Below are positions 38,082 to 49,949 of a stretch of DNA of 64,000 nt, one piece after another. A model generated the notes under the pieces. The model searched no databases and was not told where the DNA came from. It saw only the letters and a program-made list of their open reading frames with translations. The position numbers and the translations under genes are program-made. This DNA comes from an uncultured Gammaproteobacteria bacterium (GTDB lineage: Bacteria; Pseudomonadota; Gammaproteobacteria; UBA9214), in NCBI GenBank assembly GCA_963712695.1, contig CAVQJD010000011.1, positions 5,336 to 69,335 of the forward strand, read 5' to 3'. Within the stretch, counting starts at the first letter, position 1. Every line of letters begins with the position of its first letter.

Positions 38082-39305
38082 ATGGCGGAAAAAGCACTCA
38101 AGCAACCCGATCTGTTTATCTGGACCGGCACTGACAAACGCGGTGTCAAGGTCAAGGGACAAACCCGCGGTACCAACCCGTCTGTTATCCGGGCCGATCT
38201 GCGCAAGCAGGGCATCAAACCGCTCAAGATCAGTAAACAGAGCACGCTGTTCCAGAAGACCGAGAAGAAGAAGATCATACCGAAAGATATCGCGGTCTTT
38301 TTCCGACAGCTTTCGACCATGTTGTCTGCAGGCGTACCACTGGTGCAGTCATTCGAGATTATAGGGCGCGGCCACGACAATGCCGGCATGCGCGAGCTCA
38401 TTCTCAAGATCAAGTCCGACGTGGAATCCGGCACCGGCCTGTCGGAATCCTTCGCCAAACACCCGCTCCACTTCGATGCCCTCGTGGTGAGCCTGGTTCA
38501 TGCCGGTGAGCACGCCGGTGTCCTTGAGTCACTGCTTGACAATATTGCCACCTACAAGGAAAAGACCGAAGCCCTGAAGGCCAAGATCAAGAAAGCCCTG
38601 TTCTACCCGACCGCCGTTATCATTGTGGCGATCATCGTAACGGCGATCCTGCTCATCTTTGTTGTACCCCAGTTCGAGGAACTGTTCAGCAGTTTTGGCG
38701 CCGATCTGCCCGCGTTCACCCGCCTCGTCGTCAACCTGTCCGAATTCATGCAGGCATACTGGTGGCTTATCTTTGGCATACTCTTTGGCGCTGGCATGGG
38801 CTTCATGCAAGCCAAGAGACGCTCGCGCAATTTCAGCAGGGCGCTCGACAGGATTATTCTCAAGTTGCCTATCATCGGCCCGATCATGCACAAGGCCGCT
38901 GTGGCACGCTATGCACGCACCCTTTCTACTATGTTCGCAGCCGGCGTACCACTGGTCGAGGCACTGGAATCCGTTGCCGGCGCAACGGGCAACGTGGTTT
39001 ATTCGGATGCGGTATTGCTGATTCGCGACAGCGTGGCTACTGGCCAGCAATTGCAATTCGCCATGAATCAGACCGGCCTGTTCCCAAACATGGTCGAACA
39101 GATGGTCGCCATCGGCGAAGAATCAGGTTCACTGGATGCCATGCTGTCTAAAGTGGCGGACTTCTTCGAGGCGGAAGTCGACGACGCTGTGGATGCCCTC
39201 AGCAGCCTGCTGGAGCCGCTCATTATGTCGATACTGGGCATCCTTATTGGTGGACTTGTCGTCGCCATGTACCTGCCCATATTCAAAATGGGCGCTGCCA
39301 TCTGA
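38082..39305 (+). CDS. pilC: Type IV pilus platform protein PilC
   Basis: 407 aa with a duplicated GspF/PilC domain and 3 TM helices. It lies between pilB and pilD. Confidence 0.95.
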   Translation: MAEKALKQPDLFIWTGTDKRGVKVKGQTRGTNPSVIRADLRKQGIKPLKISKQSTLFQKTEKKKIIPKDIAVFFRQLSTMLSAGVPLVQSFEIIGRGHDNAGMRELILKIKSDVESGTGLSESFAKHPLHFDALVVSLVHAGEHAGVLESLLDNIATYKEKTEALKAKIKKALFYPTAVIIVAIIVTAILLIFVVPQFEELFSSFGADLPAFTRLVVNLSEFMQAYWWLIFGILFGAGMGFMQAKRRSRNFSRALDRIILKLPIIGPIMHKAAVARYARTLSTMFAAGVPLVEALESVAGATGNVVYSDAVLLIRDSVATGQQLQFAMNQTGLFPNMVEQMVAIGEESGSLDAMLSKVADFFEAEVDDAVDALSSLLEPLIMSILGILIGGLVVAMYLPIFKMGAAI

Positions 39306-39352
39306 TCGAAGCGATCACTGCGACGAAGTTGCCGGACAGGCTGCCATAGCCC

Positions 39353-40216
39353 ATGGAACTGCTGCACCTGCTTGAAGGTTCGCTCATTCTTTTTGCCATT
39401 ACCAGTGGCGTGCTTGGCCTCATGGTGGGCAGCTTCCTGAACGTAGTCATTTACCGGCTGCCAATCATGATCAACCGGGCGTGGTCGCGCGAGTGCAGGG
39501 AAATACAGGGCGAACCGGAACCGGATGTTGTCGGGCAACCGACTTACAATCTGGTGATTCCCGCCTCCAGCTGCCCGCACTGCCAGCGCCCCATACGGGC
39601 AGTTGAAAACATTCCGGTACTCAGCTACCTCATTCTCAGGGGGCGCTGCGCCGGTTGCGGCACAGCCATAACGCGCCGCTACCCGGCAATCGAACTGGTA
39701 ACAGGCTTGCTGTCGATAGTCGTGGCTGTCCATTACGGCTTCAGCATCGAAGCGCTGGCCGCGCTGGTGTTCACCTGGGCACTGATTCCGCTGTTCATGA
39801 TCGATTTCGACCACCAGATCCTGCCCGACTCGATAACCCTGCCACTACTCTGGGCCGGCTTGCTGCTGAGTCTGTCCGGAATATTCGTGAACAGTCATAC
39901 GAGTATTATCGGCGCCGCAGCCGGCTACCTCTCGCTCTGGTCGATTTATCACCTGTTCAAGCTGCTCACCGGCAAGGAAGGTATGGGCTACGGTGATTTC
40001 AAGCTGTTGGGTGCAATCGGCGCCTGGGTCGGCTGGCAGCTGCTGCCGGTTGTCATCCTGTTTTCATCGGTCGTCGGCGCAGCCATCGGCATCGGACTTA
40101 TCCTGCTCAAGGGCCGCGACCACAACCAGCCAATGCCATTCGGACCGTTTCTCGCGGCAGCCGGCTGGTTGACACTCCTTTGGGGACAAGACATTATCAG
40201 CCTTTATCTGCGCTGA
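39353..40216 (+). CDS. pilD: Prepilin peptidase / N-methyltransferase PilD
   Basis: 287 aa. It has the cytoplasmic CPHC...CAGC zinc motif and the catalytic GMGYGDFKL aspartate motif. Confidence 0.95.
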   Translation: MELLHLLEGSLILFAITSGVLGLMVGSFLNVVIYRLPIMINRAWSRECREIQGEPEPDVVGQPTYNLVIPASSCPHCQRPIRAVENIPVLSYLILRGRCAGCGTAITRRYPAIELVTGLLSIVVAVHYGFSIEALAALVFTWALIPLFMIDFDHQILPDSITLPLLWAGLLLSLSGIFVNSHTSIIGAAAGYLSLWSIYHLFKLLTGKEGMGYGDFKLLGAIGAWVGWQLLPVVILFSSVVGAAIGIGLILLKGRDHNQPMPFGPFLAAAGWLTLLWGQDIISLYLR

Positions 40217-40224
40217 TATGTTAA

Positions 40225-40875
40225 GTGACAGCCCCGAAAAGACATCCGCAAAAGCGCCACACCGCGGCCAGGAAAACGCTTGTTATCGGCCTGACCGGTG
40301 GTATCGGCAGCGGTAAATCCACAGTTGCCGGCGAATTCATCAGACTGGGCGTCCCGGTCATCGATACCGACCAGCTGGCCCGGGAACTTGTAGCACCCGG
40401 GCAACCTGCCTTACAGGAAATCATCGCACACTTCGGCGCCCAGGCACTTTGTGAAGATGGGACACTCGATCGTGCTTACCTGCGTGCGCGTATTTTTTCC
40501 GATCTTTCAGATAAACAGGCGCTTGAGGCGATTCTGCATCCCCGCATAAGGCAACGGCTAAGCGAGTGGCTGACCACAGTTACGAGTCCTTACTGTATAG
40601 TCGTGATTCCGCTGCTTCTGGAAGCGCAGCAGATCGACCTGGTTGACCGGGTGCTAGTAGTGGATGCGCCGGAAAAAGAACAGCTTAAACGGGTTGCCGC
40701 ACGCGATGGGCTGTCACACAATGTAGTAGCCCGGATAATGGCCGCTCAAGCAGATCGGGAAACACGCTTGTCCGTAGCAGACGAAGTCATCGTAAACGAT
40801 GCCGGCATAGCCAGCCTGATCAAGCAGACTCGGGAATTACATATGCACTTCATGGACATATCGAATGAGCACTAG
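40225..40875 (+). CDS. coaE: Dephospho-CoA kinase
   Basis: 216 aa with a GTG start. It has the P-loop LTGGIGSGKSTV. Conserved pilD-coaE-zapD-yacG order. Confidence 0.9.
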   Translation: MTAPKRHPQKRHTAARKTLVIGLTGGIGSGKSTVAGEFIRLGVPVIDTDQLARELVAPGQPALQEIIAHFGAQALCEDGTLDRAYLRARIFSDLSDKQALEAILHPRIRQRLSEWLTTVTSPYCIVVIPLLLEAQQIDLVDRVLVVDAPEKEQLKRVAARDGLSHNVVARIMAAQADRETRLSVADEVIVNDAGIASLIKQTRELHMHFMDISNEH

Positions 40876-41734
40876 CTCCAATACCCAATATGCAAAACGC
40901 AGGAACGCTGGCGATTCCAACACCGGCGGTACAGACACCCCCGCCCAGCCGACCACGGCGCCGGCCTCGAGCAGTATCGTTTACGAACAGCCACTCAACG
41001 AACGCACCCGAACCTTCATGCGGCTCGAGTATCTGTTCCGGCAAGCGAGCCACCATCTCGAATGTTCTTCCGAATGGGACAGCCGCGCAACGCTCAACTG
41101 TATCCTCGAAATCGTGGATATTTTCGGTAACACCAACCTCAAGTCCGAAGTCATCAAGGAGCTCGAGCGCCATTCAGCCAACCTTAAACGACTGGGCCAG
41201 AATCCGGCCGTCGACCCGGATCAGCTTGGGCTGCTGCTGGATAAAATCTATAAGCATATCGACAGCATGCACGGCATCAACGGCCAGATTGCCAGTGAAC
41301 TGAAAAGCAGTGAATTCCTGACCAGCATCCGTCAGCGTAATGCGATACCGGGAGGTACTTGTGATTTCGATTTGCCGGCATTTCACTACTGGCTGCAGCA
41401 GCCTGCCAAGATCAGGAACCAGGACCTGTTACGCTGGTTGGATAATTTCGATGCCATCGGTCAATCTATCCAGCTGATACTTTCGATGACCCGCGACAGC
41501 ACACCACTCAAGCGGGCGATGGCAACGCATGGTCTTTATCAGCGCACGCTGGATCCCAACCTGCCCTGCCAGCTGATCAGGATTGCATTACCTGCCGGTC
41601 TGCCATACTTTGCCGAGCTCAGCGGCGGTCGTCACCGCTTTACCGCCCGATTCCTGCAGTTTTCTACCGCGGAAGAACGCGCCAGACAAACGGACCAGGA
41701 CATTGAATTCGAACTCGCTTGCTGCGTAATTTAG
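40865..41734 (+). CDS. zapD: Cell division protein ZapD (YacF) with an N-terminal low-complexity extension of about 37 aa
   Basis: 289 aa. [23 protein letters not shown] aligns with the ZapD N-terminus (LFEHPLNEKMRTWLRIEFL). I see no alternative in-frame start before this motif. Confidence 0.85.
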   Translation: MSTSSNTQYAKRRNAGDSNTGGTDTPAQPTTAPASSSIVYEQPLNERTRTFMRLEYLFRQASHHLECSSEWDSRATLNCILEIVDIFGNTNLKSEVIKELERHSANLKRLGQNPAVDPDQLGLLLDKIYKHIDSMHGINGQIASELKSSEFLTSIRQRNAIPGGTCDFDLPAFHYWLQQPAKIRNQDLLRWLDNFDAIGQSIQLILSMTRDSTPLKRAMATHGLYQRTLDPNLPCQLIRIALPAGLPYFAELSGGRHRFTARFLQFSTAEERARQTDQDIEFELACCVI

Positions 41735-41744
41735 GGATCCGGCT

Positions 41745-41945
41745 TTGAACAAGGAACAATCCAGTCCAGCGTGCGTGAATTGTCCGACCTGCGCGGCCAT
41801 TGTTGAATGGAGTCAGGCCCAGCCATGGCGACCGTTCTGTTCGGAACGTTGCCAGCTGATCGATCTGGGCAGCTGGCTGGACGAGAGCCATCGCATCCCT
41901 GCGGAGGAACCGGCGCTGCTCCATGATGAACCCGGCGCAGACTGA
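41745..41945 (+). CDS. yacG: DNA gyrase inhibitor YacG (zinc finger)
   Basis: 66 aa. [32 protein letters not shown] is the YacG signature. Confidence 0.9.
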   Translation: MNKEQSSPACVNCPTCAAIVEWSQAQPWRPFCSERCQLIDLGSWLDESHRIPAEEPALLHDEPGAD

Positions 41946-41954
41946 GTCTGCCGA

Positions 41955-43166
41955 TCAGGTACGGTATTCTGCGTTGATCCTGACGTAATTGTAGGACAGA
42001 TCGCAGGTCCACACCTGTTCGCGATGTTCTCCGCGTCCCAGCACGACACGGATCTCGAACTCGCTGAGAGCAAATACCCGTTCGCCATTGACCTCGGTAT
42101 AATCTTCTGCGCGTCCACCAGCGCGCACAATACAGACGTCGTCCAGGTAAATCTCCACACGCGAAATATCCATGTTACCGATTCCCGCACGGCCCACTGC
42201 TGCCAGTATGCGCCCCCAGTTCGGATCACCCGCGAACAGGGCCGTCTTGACAAGGGGCGAATGGGCGATGGTGTAGGCAACCTGTAGGCATTCGCGGCTG
42301 TCTGCACCCTGCTCAACTGTCACTGTGACAAAGCGTGTCGCACCTTCGCCATCACGCACGATCGCCTGCGCCAGCTCGACGCACACCTCTGAGACTGCTG
42401 CACCCAATAATTCAAAACCCGCATCTTCGGTCGCAATCCGTGGTGCGGATGATTTACCCGTGGCAACCAGTACACAGGCATCGTTGGTGGAAGTATCACC
42501 ATCGACAGTAATACGATTGAACGACTTCTCGACAGCGGCGGACAGACAACGCTGTAAAACGTCCAGATCGACCGCCGCATCGGTGGCAATGAAGGCAAGC
42601 ATGGTTGCCATGTCCGGGCGGATCATTCCTGAGCCCTTGGCAATCCCCGTGACAGTCACCGGCTGGCCGCCAAGCTCGATGCGCCTTGACGCGCCCTTTG
42701 GCACGGTATCGGTAGTCAGGATGCCGGTTGCTGCCGCGGCCCAGCCGTCTTCCGATAACCTCGCAAAGGCAACCGGCAGGCCGGCGACCAACCGGTCAAC
42801 CGCCAGCGGTTCGCCGATAACACCGGTTGAGAACGGTAGCACTGCCTCGGGGGCAACCTGGACAAGATCTGCCGCGGCGGCGCAGCATGTTTGTGCGTCT
42901 GCCAGGCCAGCGATGCCTGTTCCTGCATTCGCATTTCCTGTGTTGACAATAAAACACGCAGGCACAGTCCTGCCGAGATGTTCGCGTGCCACGATTACCG
43001 GCGCTGCACAGAACTCGTTGCGGGTAAAAACGGCGGCACAGGCAGACCCTCCGGCCAGCGTCATCATCACCAGGTCAGGACGGTCGGGCTTCCTGATGCC
43101 CGCGCTGGTGGTGCCCAGCCTGAATCCAGCCACCGGGTAAAGTACAGGCAGTGACTCGCTATTCAT
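41955..43166 (-). CDS. argJ: Bifunctional ornithine acetyltransferase / N-acetylglutamate synthase ArgJ
   Basis: The autoprocessing site [11 protein letters not shown] and the C-terminal [13 protein letters not shown] are present. The start is set at the ATG (MNSESLP). The track ORF begins 10 codons earlier at a TTG. Confidence 0.9.
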   Translation of the reverse strand: MNSESLPVLYPVAGFRLGTTSAGIRKPDRPDLVMMTLAGGSACAAVFTRNEFCAAPVIVAREHLGRTVPACFIVNTGNANAGTGIAGLADAQTCCAAAADLVQVAPEAVLPFSTGVIGEPLAVDRLVAGLPVAFARLSEDGWAAAATGILTTDTVPKGASRRIELGGQPVTVTGIAKGSGMIRPDMATMLAFIATDAAVDLDVLQRCLSAAVEKSFNRITVDGDTSTNDACVLVATGKSSAPRIATEDAGFELLGAAVSEVCVELAQAIVRDGEGATRFVTVTVEQGADSRECLQVAYTIAHSPLVKTALFAGDPNWGRILAAVGRAGIGNMDISRVEIYLDDVCIVRAGGRAEDYTEVNGERVFALSEFEIRVVLGRGEHREQVWTCDLSYNYVRINAEYRT

Positions 43167-43304
43167 GCAGTACCGGTTCGAATAGATTTTGACCAAAGGC
43201 GCCGATCGGCTTCAGACACATGAACATACCAGGGCCTACCGATTATGCGCAGTAACATCGCCGTGTTTGATCCACTGACGGCACCATTGCCCCGTATGCC
43301 AGGC

Positions 43305-46007
43305 TCAGTTCAGTTTACCGTGGCAATGCTTGTACTTCTTCCCTGAACCGCAGGGACAGGGCTCGTTGCGTCCTACCTTGCGACCGATGCGGGTGAAAGG
43401 CTTCTGCTCCGCCTGCGCCTGCTCATCGCCCGGCGCCTCGTCCATCGCGCCTGCCTCGGCATGTTTGAAGTTCATCTGTGCATGGCTGCGACGCTGCTCT
43501 TCCACGGCCTGGACATCCGACTCGGCCCTGACCTGTACCCGGGTCAGAATACTGATTACCTCGTGCTTGATGCGGTCAAGCATTGCCTGGAACATGGCAA
43601 AGGCTTCTTTTTTGTATTCCTGCTTGGGATCTTTCTGGGCATATCCGCGCAAACCGATACCCTGGCGCAGGTAATCCATCGCGGCGAGGTGTTCCTTCCA
43701 GGCGGTATCCAGCACCTGCAGCATGACGGCCTTTTCGAAATGGCGAACGACCGGACTGCCTGCCTGCGCCTCCTTGTCCCGGTAAGCGGTAACGATTGCC
43801 TCCAGAATACGCTCGCGCAGCGTATCCTCATGCAGCGAGGCATCCTCGTCAAGCCAGCGCCGCAGAGGCAACTCGAACGCATATTCGCGCTGCATGGCCT
43901 CTTCCAGACCTGCCACATCCCACTGGTCGTCCATGCTACCCGGGGGGATGTACTCGCTTACCAGATCATTAACCACATCGCTGCGAATTGCATGCACGAT
44001 ATCTGAGACATCCTCTGTCTCCATCAACTCGTTGCGTTGTTCGTACACGACCTTACGCTGGTCGTTCGCCACGTCATCGAATTCCAGCAAGGTCTTGCGG
44101 ATGTTGTAGTTGTGCGCCTCTACCTTGCGCTGCGCATTCTCAATCGCCTTACTGACCCAGGGATGCTCGATAGCCTCACCTTTCTGCATGCCAAGCTTCT
44201 GCATCAGGCCGGCAACCCGGTCCGAGGCAAAGATACGCATCAGGTTGTCCTGCAGCGAGAGATAGAAACGGCTGGAACCCGGGTCACCCTGGCGTCCGGC
44301 ACGGCCGCGCAACTGGTTGTCTACACGGCGCGACTCGTGCCGCTCGGTACCGATGATGTGCAGACCGCCAGCAGCAAGCACTTGTTCATGACGCTGCTTC
44401 CACTCCGCCCTGGCCTGTGCAATGGCCGACTCGTCAGGGTTGTTTAGCGCATCGAGTTCGACCTGCATATTGCCACCCAGCACAATATCGGTACCACGAC
44501 CGGCCATGTTGGTGGCAATGGTGATGGTGCCCGGGCGTCCGGCCTCTGCCACGATCTGCGCCTCCCGGGCATGCTGTTTTGCATTCAGGACTGAATGTTT
44601 TATCTTTGCCTTGTCGAGGAGCTTCGACAAATACTCGGAGGTCTCCACAGATGCAGTACCAACCAGCACCGGCTGTCCGCGCTGCTGGCAGTCGCGCACA
44701 TCTTCCATGATTGCATCGAACTTTTCTTCCATGGTCAGAAAGACGAGGTCACCCATATCATTCCTGATCATGGGATTGTGGGTCGGTATCACAACCACCT
44801 CGAGACCGTAGATCTGCTGCAGTTCGAAGGCCTCGGTATCGGCGGTACCGGTCATGCCGGACAGCTTGCTGTAGGTTCTGAAGTAGTTCTGGAACGTGAT
44901 CGAGGCCAGCGTCTGGTTCTCGTTCTGGATCGGCACCCCTTCCTTGGCCTCGACCGCCTGATGCAGACCTTCCGACCAGCGCCGTCCCGGCATGGTGCGA
45001 CCGGTGAATTCATCCACGATAATCACCTGTCCATCCTGCACAATGTAGTCCACGTCTTTCTTGAACAACAGGTGCGCGCGCATTGCGGCATTGAGATGGT
45101 GCATGATGTTCAGGTTGGCCGCGTCGTACAGGCTCTCGCCTTCCTTTAGCAGGCCGTTGCGTACCAGCAGATTTTCGACATGCTCGTGCCCGGCTTCGGT
45201 AAGGTAGATCTGGCGATGCTTCTCTTCCAGGGTATAGTCGCCTGGTCCGCTTTCTTCTTCCTGAGCTTTGAGATCCGGTACCAGCGCATTCAGCTTCAGG
45301 TACAGATCCGAGCGTTCGTCCACTGCGCCGGATATAATCAGCGGCGTACGTGCTTCGTCGATCAGGATGGAATCGACTTCGTCGACAATGGCAAAAATGC
45401 GGCCGCGCTGTACACGGTCCTGGATCGCGAATGCCATGTTGTCGCGCAGATAGTCGAAACCGAATTCGTTGTTGGTACCATAGGTAATATCAGCCTGATA
45501 TGCCGCACGTTTTTCCTCCCAGGGCTGCCCGGAAACGGTGACGCCCGTGGTCATGCCGAGGAAGCTGAAAATTTTACCCATCCAGCCGGCATCGCGCCGT
45601 GCCAGGTAATCGTTGACGGTAACGATGTGAACACCCTCGCCCTGCAGCGCGTTCAGATAAGCCGGGAGTGTGGCTACCAGCGTCTTGCCTTCACCGGTAC
45701 GCATTTCAGCAATCCTGCCATCATGCAGCACCATGCCGCCAATCAGCTGCACATCGAAGTGACGCATCTGCAGCGCGCGGCTGGCAGCCTCGCGTACGAC
45801 CGCGAAAGCTTCCGGAAGCAGGTCGTCCAGCGTCTTGCCCGCAGACAGTCGCTCGCGGAATTCATCCGTCTTGGCACGCAAGGCTGCGTCGGAGAGCGCC
45901 TTGATGTCGGGCTCAAGATCGTTGATGCGGGCCACGGCCCGCGACATGCGTTTCAGCTGGCGGTCATTACGGCTACCGAACAGCTTGCTTAGGATATTTA
46001 GTGCCAT
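43305..46007 (-). CDS. secA: Preprotein translocase ATPase SecA
   Basis: The start is set at [21 protein letters not shown] (900 aa). DEAD motor motifs are present, and the C-terminal zinc-binding tail is [14 protein letters not shown]. Confidence 0.96.
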   Translation of the reverse strand: MALNILSKLFGSRNDRQLKRMSRAVARINDLEPDIKALSDAALRAKTDEFRERLSAGKTLDDLLPEAFAVVREAASRALQMRHFDVQLIGGMVLHDGRIAEMRTGEGKTLVATLPAYLNALQGEGVHIVTVNDYLARRDAGWMGKIFSFLGMTTGVTVSGQPWEEKRAAYQADITYGTNNEFGFDYLRDNMAFAIQDRVQRGRIFAIVDEVDSILIDEARTPLIISGAVDERSDLYLKLNALVPDLKAQEEESGPGDYTLEEKHRQIYLTEAGHEHVENLLVRNGLLKEGESLYDAANLNIMHHLNAAMRAHLLFKKDVDYIVQDGQVIIVDEFTGRTMPGRRWSEGLHQAVEAKEGVPIQNENQTLASITFQNYFRTYSKLSGMTGTADTEAFELQQIYGLEVVVIPTHNPMIRNDMGDLVFLTMEEKFDAIMEDVRDCQQRGQPVLVGTASVETSEYLSKLLDKAKIKHSVLNAKQHAREAQIVAEAGRPGTITIATNMAGRGTDIVLGGNMQVELDALNNPDESAIAQARAEWKQRHEQVLAAGGLHIIGTERHESRRVDNQLRGRAGRQGDPGSSRFYLSLQDNLMRIFASDRVAGLMQKLGMQKGEAIEHPWVSKAIENAQRKVEAHNYNIRKTLLEFDDVANDQRKVVYEQRNELMETEDVSDIVHAIRSDVVNDLVSEYIPPGSMDDQWDVAGLEEAMQREYAFELPLRRWLDEDASLHEDTLRERILEAIVTAYRDKEAQAGSPVVRHFEKAVMLQVLDTAWKEHLAAMDYLRQGIGLRGYAQKDPKQEYKKEAFAMFQAMLDRIKHEVISILTRVQVRAESDVQAVEEQRRSHAQMNFKHAEAGAMDEAPGDEQAQAEQKPFTRIGRKVGRNEPCPCGSGKKYKHCHGKLN

Positions 46008-46143
46008 GGATTTCAGGAAATGGGGTCGCGCCAATAAAGGCAGGAATCATACCGCATGTATCAGCAAATTAGCAGATAGCAGGGGAAACCGAAGGGTTTG
46101 ACTGTGGAGCCTGGCGCCCGGCTAGGTGGCCAGTGGGTGGCGC

Positions 46144-47049
46144 TTACTCATCAATATACTTGGCTGGATTGACCGCCGTGCCGTTGTGCAGCACTTCAAA
46201 GTGGACGTGGGGACCAGTTGAACGCCCGGTAGAACCCATCAGTGCCAGCTGCTGCCCTTTCCTGACCGTATCTCCCGCCTTCACCAGGTTGCGTTCGTTG
46301 TGGCCGTAGCGGGTAATATAACCATTGCCGTGCGTGACCTCGACCAGGTTGCCGTAGCCGGAGCGCTTGCCAGACCAGCTGACCACTCCATCACCGACCG
46401 CCACCACATTGGAACCTTTTTTACCGGCGAAATCAAGGCCCTTGTGGAATTCCCACTTGCCGGTAAACGGATCATTGCGTTTGCCAAAGCGCGACGACAG
46501 CCAGCCTTCACCAACTGGACGACCGGCCGGCATGACACGCTCACTGAGGCTGCGGTTCATCAGCAGCGATTCGAGCACTGACAGCTTCTGCTCACGATCA
46601 CTCATCTCGGCATCGAGACTGTCAAGCATGGCCAGAATATCGCCCAGGTCAGCTGATTGGTCATTGGTGCCATTCTCCGGGCCACCCACAGCAGGTACCG
46701 TGTTGAAGTCAAATTCGGCTTTATCCAGATCGCCCTGGCTGACCAGACGCTCGCCCAGCGCATTTAGCCGTAACATCTGGCCCTGTAACTGGCCAATGCG
46801 CGTTGTCAGGGCATTGAGATCGGCTTGCGCGGTTTTGCGCAGTTCCTTGATGTCCATGTGCTGGGAATTTACCACCTCACGCCACTCGGCCACGTATTCG
46901 ATCTCGTCTTCACCTGCCTGCAGGCCGATGTAAAAGGCCCCGGTTACCATCGTCGCCAGCATGGCAAACGTAAGCGTTGCGACGAGCACCGGCCTGAACT
47001 CGAAATTCCAGACCTGTCCGCGACGGTTTGTAAACAGTATGATGTTCAT
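46144..47049 (-). CDS. M23-family metallopeptidase (membrane-anchored, coiled-coil, LytM domain)
   Basis: The start is set at MNIILF before the TM helix. The C-terminal LytM motifs are HKGLDFAG...GNLVEVTHGNGYITRYGHN...GSTGRSTGPHVHFEV. Confidence 0.85.
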   Translation of the reverse strand: MNIILFTNRRGQVWNFEFRPVLVATLTFAMLATMVTGAFYIGLQAGEDEIEYVAEWREVVNSQHMDIKELRKTAQADLNALTTRIGQLQGQMLRLNALGERLVSQGDLDKAEFDFNTVPAVGGPENGTNDQSADLGDILAMLDSLDAEMSDREQKLSVLESLLMNRSLSERVMPAGRPVGEGWLSSRFGKRNDPFTGKWEFHKGLDFAGKKGSNVVAVGDGVVSWSGKRSGYGNLVEVTHGNGYITRYGHNERNLVKAGDTVRKGQQLALMGSTGRSTGPHVHFEVLHNGTAVNPAKYIDE

Positions 47050-47070
47050 GGCAGCCCTGAATAAAATTAC

Positions 47071-47394
47071 ATGAATAAACCACTGAAAATTAATCAAATA
47101 ATCGGCAACAATGCGCAGTCCAGGCTGCTTGTGCAGGCACGCCTGCTGATGAACCTGGAGGCACAGCTGCAACAATTGTTACCTGACGCGTTGCAGGCCC
47201 ACTGCCGTTTGCTTGCCGTTAATGGCAATACACTGGTTCTCGCAGCGGATTCGCCGGCCTGGGCGGTACGGCTACGATTTCATACACATCAACTAGTTAC
47301 CCAACTCACACTGCCAGGAAGCATACGGTTACGTGCAATTCGTATCCGGGTGCGCCCGTCTGAAAAAACAATCCCCTCTGTGTGCCAGCCATGA
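47071..47394 (+). CDS. DUF721-domain protein (DciA-like)
   Basis: 107 aa. LPDALQAHCRLLAVNGNTLVLAADSPAWAVRLRFHTHQLVTQL resembles the DUF721 core. The secA/M23/DUF721/lpxC neighbourhood matches Pseudomonas. The assignment is from memory of the family and was not searched. Confidence 0.55.
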   Translation: MNKPLKINQIIGNNAQSRLLVQARLLMNLEAQLQQLLPDALQAHCRLLAVNGNTLVLAADSPAWAVRLRFHTHQLVTQLTLPGSIRLRAIRIRVRPSEKTIPSVCQP

Positions 47395-47547
47395 TTTGGA
47401 AAAACAGATTTGCTCTGCAGGGACCACGCAGGCAGGCCGCACAGACTGTATCGGACTCTGGAGTGAAAACTGCAGTGTTAAGACTGGCCAGCCGGCCCTG
47501 AAAAACCGAACACCGGCCCCGTCGGGGCCAACAGGCAGGGGTTCAAC

Positions 47548-48459
47548 TCAACTGGTGGGTACTGGCTGCAGGAATGAGAGCGGTGCCTCGTTTATGTCTT
47601 CAAAAGTCACCTCTTCCCAGGCGGTTACATCTGCCACCAGCGCACGCAGCAACTTGTTGTTGAGAGCGTGACCCGACTTGAACCCTTTGAAGGCGCCGAT
47701 CAGGCTGTGGCCGAGCAGGTAGAGGTCGCCAATTGCATCCAGAATCTTGTGTTTCACAAATTCGTCACGGTAACGCAAACCATCTTCATTCAGCACCCGG
47801 TAATTATCCAGTACAACGGCATTGTCAAGACTGCCGCCGAGCGCCAATTTGCGCTCGTGCAGCTGTTCGATCTCGTGCATGAACCCGAATGTGCGGGCAC
47901 GGCTCACTTCCTTCACAAACGACGAGGTGGAAAAATCGATTTCCGAGTGCTGGGCATTGGACTTGAATATCGGGTGATCAAATTCAATGGCAAAGCCGAC
48001 CTTGAAACCGTCGAACGGTTCGAGGCGGGCCATCTTGTCGCCATCCTCAACCTGTACCGGATGCTTGATGCGGATAAATCGCTTCGGTGCATCCTGCTCC
48101 TTGATACCTGCAGACTGGATCAGAAATACAAAAGGACCGGCACTGCCGTCCATGATCGGCACCTCGGCTGCGCTCAGATCGATGTATGCATTGTCAATGC
48201 CGAGCCCGGCCAGTGCCGACAGCATGTGTTCCACCGTGGAAATCCGCACACCATTGCTGACCAGCGTTGTGGACAAACGGGTATCGCCCACGTTCTCCGG
48301 GCGCGCACTAATCTGCACGACGTGCTCCAGGTCGACACGACAGAACACAATTCCGGTATCCACCGGTGCCGGGCGTAACGTCAGATAGATTTTCTCGCCG
48401 GTGTGTAGACCCAGGCCAGTCGCACGAATCACGTTCTTGAGAGTACGTTGTCGAATCAT
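47548..48459 (-). CDS. lpxC: UDP-3-O-acyl-N-acetylglucosamine deacetylase LpxC
   Basis: 303 aa. [31 protein letters not shown] and [13 protein letters not shown] motifs are present. It lies downstream of ftsZ. Confidence 0.96.
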   Translation of the reverse strand: MIRQRTLKNVIRATGLGLHTGEKIYLTLRPAPVDTGIVFCRVDLEHVVQISARPENVGDTRLSTTLVSNGVRISTVEHMLSALAGLGIDNAYIDLSAAEVPIMDGSAGPFVFLIQSAGIKEQDAPKRFIRIKHPVQVEDGDKMARLEPFDGFKVGFAIEFDHPIFKSNAQHSEIDFSTSSFVKEVSRARTFGFMHEIEQLHERKLALGGSLDNAVVLDNYRVLNEDGLRYRDEFVKHKILDAIGDLYLLGHSLIGAFKGFKSGHALNNKLLRALVADVTAWEEVTFEDINEAPLSFLQPVPTS

Positions 48460-48688
48460 GGCCTTTCATTCCCTCTGTATAAATGAGCCTAATTCCAAGA
48501 CAAGTACCAGGAAAGCCGTCGGCATATTAGCACATGCTCATTAACCCGCCTAGAATAGGGTTACACTCTGATGGTCTCACATAGCATAAGTTCTTTATCA
48601 AAAAATCTAGTACATACATCAGCCGTATATAACGGCTACACAGCATGCCGGATCCCGGGCGCCACGCCCGGGACCTTCACGCACGCGA

Positions 48689-49852
48689 CTAGTCTGCCTG
48701 GCGGCGCAGAAACGCCGGTATATCGAGGTAATCCAGATCCTCGGCCGAATTTCCATTGCCTGCCGTGGCACGCTGTGCCGCCGTTCTGCGCTTGACGGTC
48801 GGGATGTCGAAGTTTTCCGACTCCTTGACCTCCACCGTCTCGCGGGAAATCGCCTTCAAATGCAGGCCTGTGGTCTTCTCGGCAGGTTTCTTCGCTTGCA
48901 TACCCAGGCCGGTCGCGACCACAGTGACACGCAGCTCGTCGCGCATGTCCGGATCGATGACGGTACCGACTACCACGGTGGCGTTCTCGGAGGCGAATTG
49001 CTTGACCGTATTACCGACCTCCTCGAACTCGCCGATCCCCAGATCCAGGCCGGCAGTGACATTCACCAGGATCCCGTTGGCCCCCATCAGGTCGATATCC
49101 TCGAGCAGCGGGCTGGCCACGGCGGCCTCTGCGGCCTCGCGTGCACGGTCGTCACCCTTGGCGGTGCCCGAGCCCATCATTGCCATGCCCATTTCCGACA
49201 TCACAGTGCGCACGTCGGCGAAGTCGACATTGATCAGGCCCGGCCGGGTAATCAGTTCCGCAATTCCCTGCACAGCGCCCAGCAATACATCGTTGGCGGA
49301 CTTGAAGGCAGCGAGCAGACTGATTTGCTTGCCAAGTACCAGCTGCAGCTTCTCGTTCGGTATGGTGATCAGGGAATCACAATACTGGCTGAGTTCCTTG
49401 ATCCCGTTATGCGCGACATGCAGACGACGGCTGCCTTCAAAGGTAAACGGCTTGGTCACGACCGCAACTGTCAGAATGCCCATTTCCTTGGCTATTTGCG
49501 CCACTACCGGTGCCGCGCCGGTGCCGGTTCCGCCACCCATGCCGGCGGTAATGAACAGCATGTCGGCACCCTCGATGACCTCGGCGATACGCTCTCGGTC
49601 CTCATGTGCGGCCTGGCGTCCGACGTCCGGGTTTGCGCCGGCTCCCAGACCCTTGGTGATGGAACCGCCGATCTGCAGCGTGGTGCGTGCCCCCATGTTC
49701 TGCAACGCCTGTGCGTCGGTATTGGCACAGATGAACTCCACACCATCGATATTGGCCTCGACCATGTGCTGCACTGCATTGCCGCCGCCACCCCCCACGC
49801 CGATGACCTTGATAACTGCACTTTGTCCGCATGAATCCAGTAACTCAAACAT
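48689..49852 (-). CDS. ftsZ: Cell division GTPase FtsZ
   Basis: The start is set at MFELLDS, with a strong RBS (AGGAGGAG) upstream. VIGVGGGGGNAV and the tubulin signature GGGTGTGAAP are present. 387 aa. Confidence 0.97.
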   Translation of the reverse strand: MFELLDSCGQSAVIKVIGVGGGGGNAVQHMVEANIDGVEFICANTDAQALQNMGARTTLQIGGSITKGLGAGANPDVGRQAAHEDRERIAEVIEGADMLFITAGMGGGTGTGAAPVVAQIAKEMGILTVAVVTKPFTFEGSRRLHVAHNGIKELSQYCDSLITIPNEKLQLVLGKQISLLAAFKSANDVLLGAVQGIAELITRPGLINVDFADVRTVMSEMGMAMMGSGTAKGDDRAREAAEAAVASPLLEDIDLMGANGILVNVTAGLDLGIGEFEEVGNTVKQFASENATVVVGTVIDPDMRDELRVTVVATGLGMQAKKPAEKTTGLHLKAISRETVEVKESENFDIPTVKRRTAAQRATAGNGNSAEDLDYLDIPAFLRRQAD

Positions 49853-49949
49853 GATGTCTCCTCCTGACAGAAACAGCAAAAATTAACCCTGAAATTGATT
49901 AACAAACACCGCGACAACTACAGCTGTCGCGACGGTAAACACCTTCATC

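Noticed and set aside
47513-47529. Short hairpin ggcccc-gtc-ggggcc downstream of lpxC, considered as a terminator
   Set aside because: The stem is only 6 bp, and the T-run on the minus strand is 9 nt away. This is not convincing.
48756-49886. 376-aa and 324-aa plus-strand ORFs antisense to ftsZ
   Set aside because: Ser/Ala/Pro-rich shadow frames opposite one of the most conserved genes in the window.
49909-49931. 7-bp stem hairpin (cgcgaca...tgtcgcg) in the ftsA-ftsZ spacer
   Set aside because: It might be a processing or attenuation structure, but it is short and unremarkable, and nothing supports a function from sequence alone.
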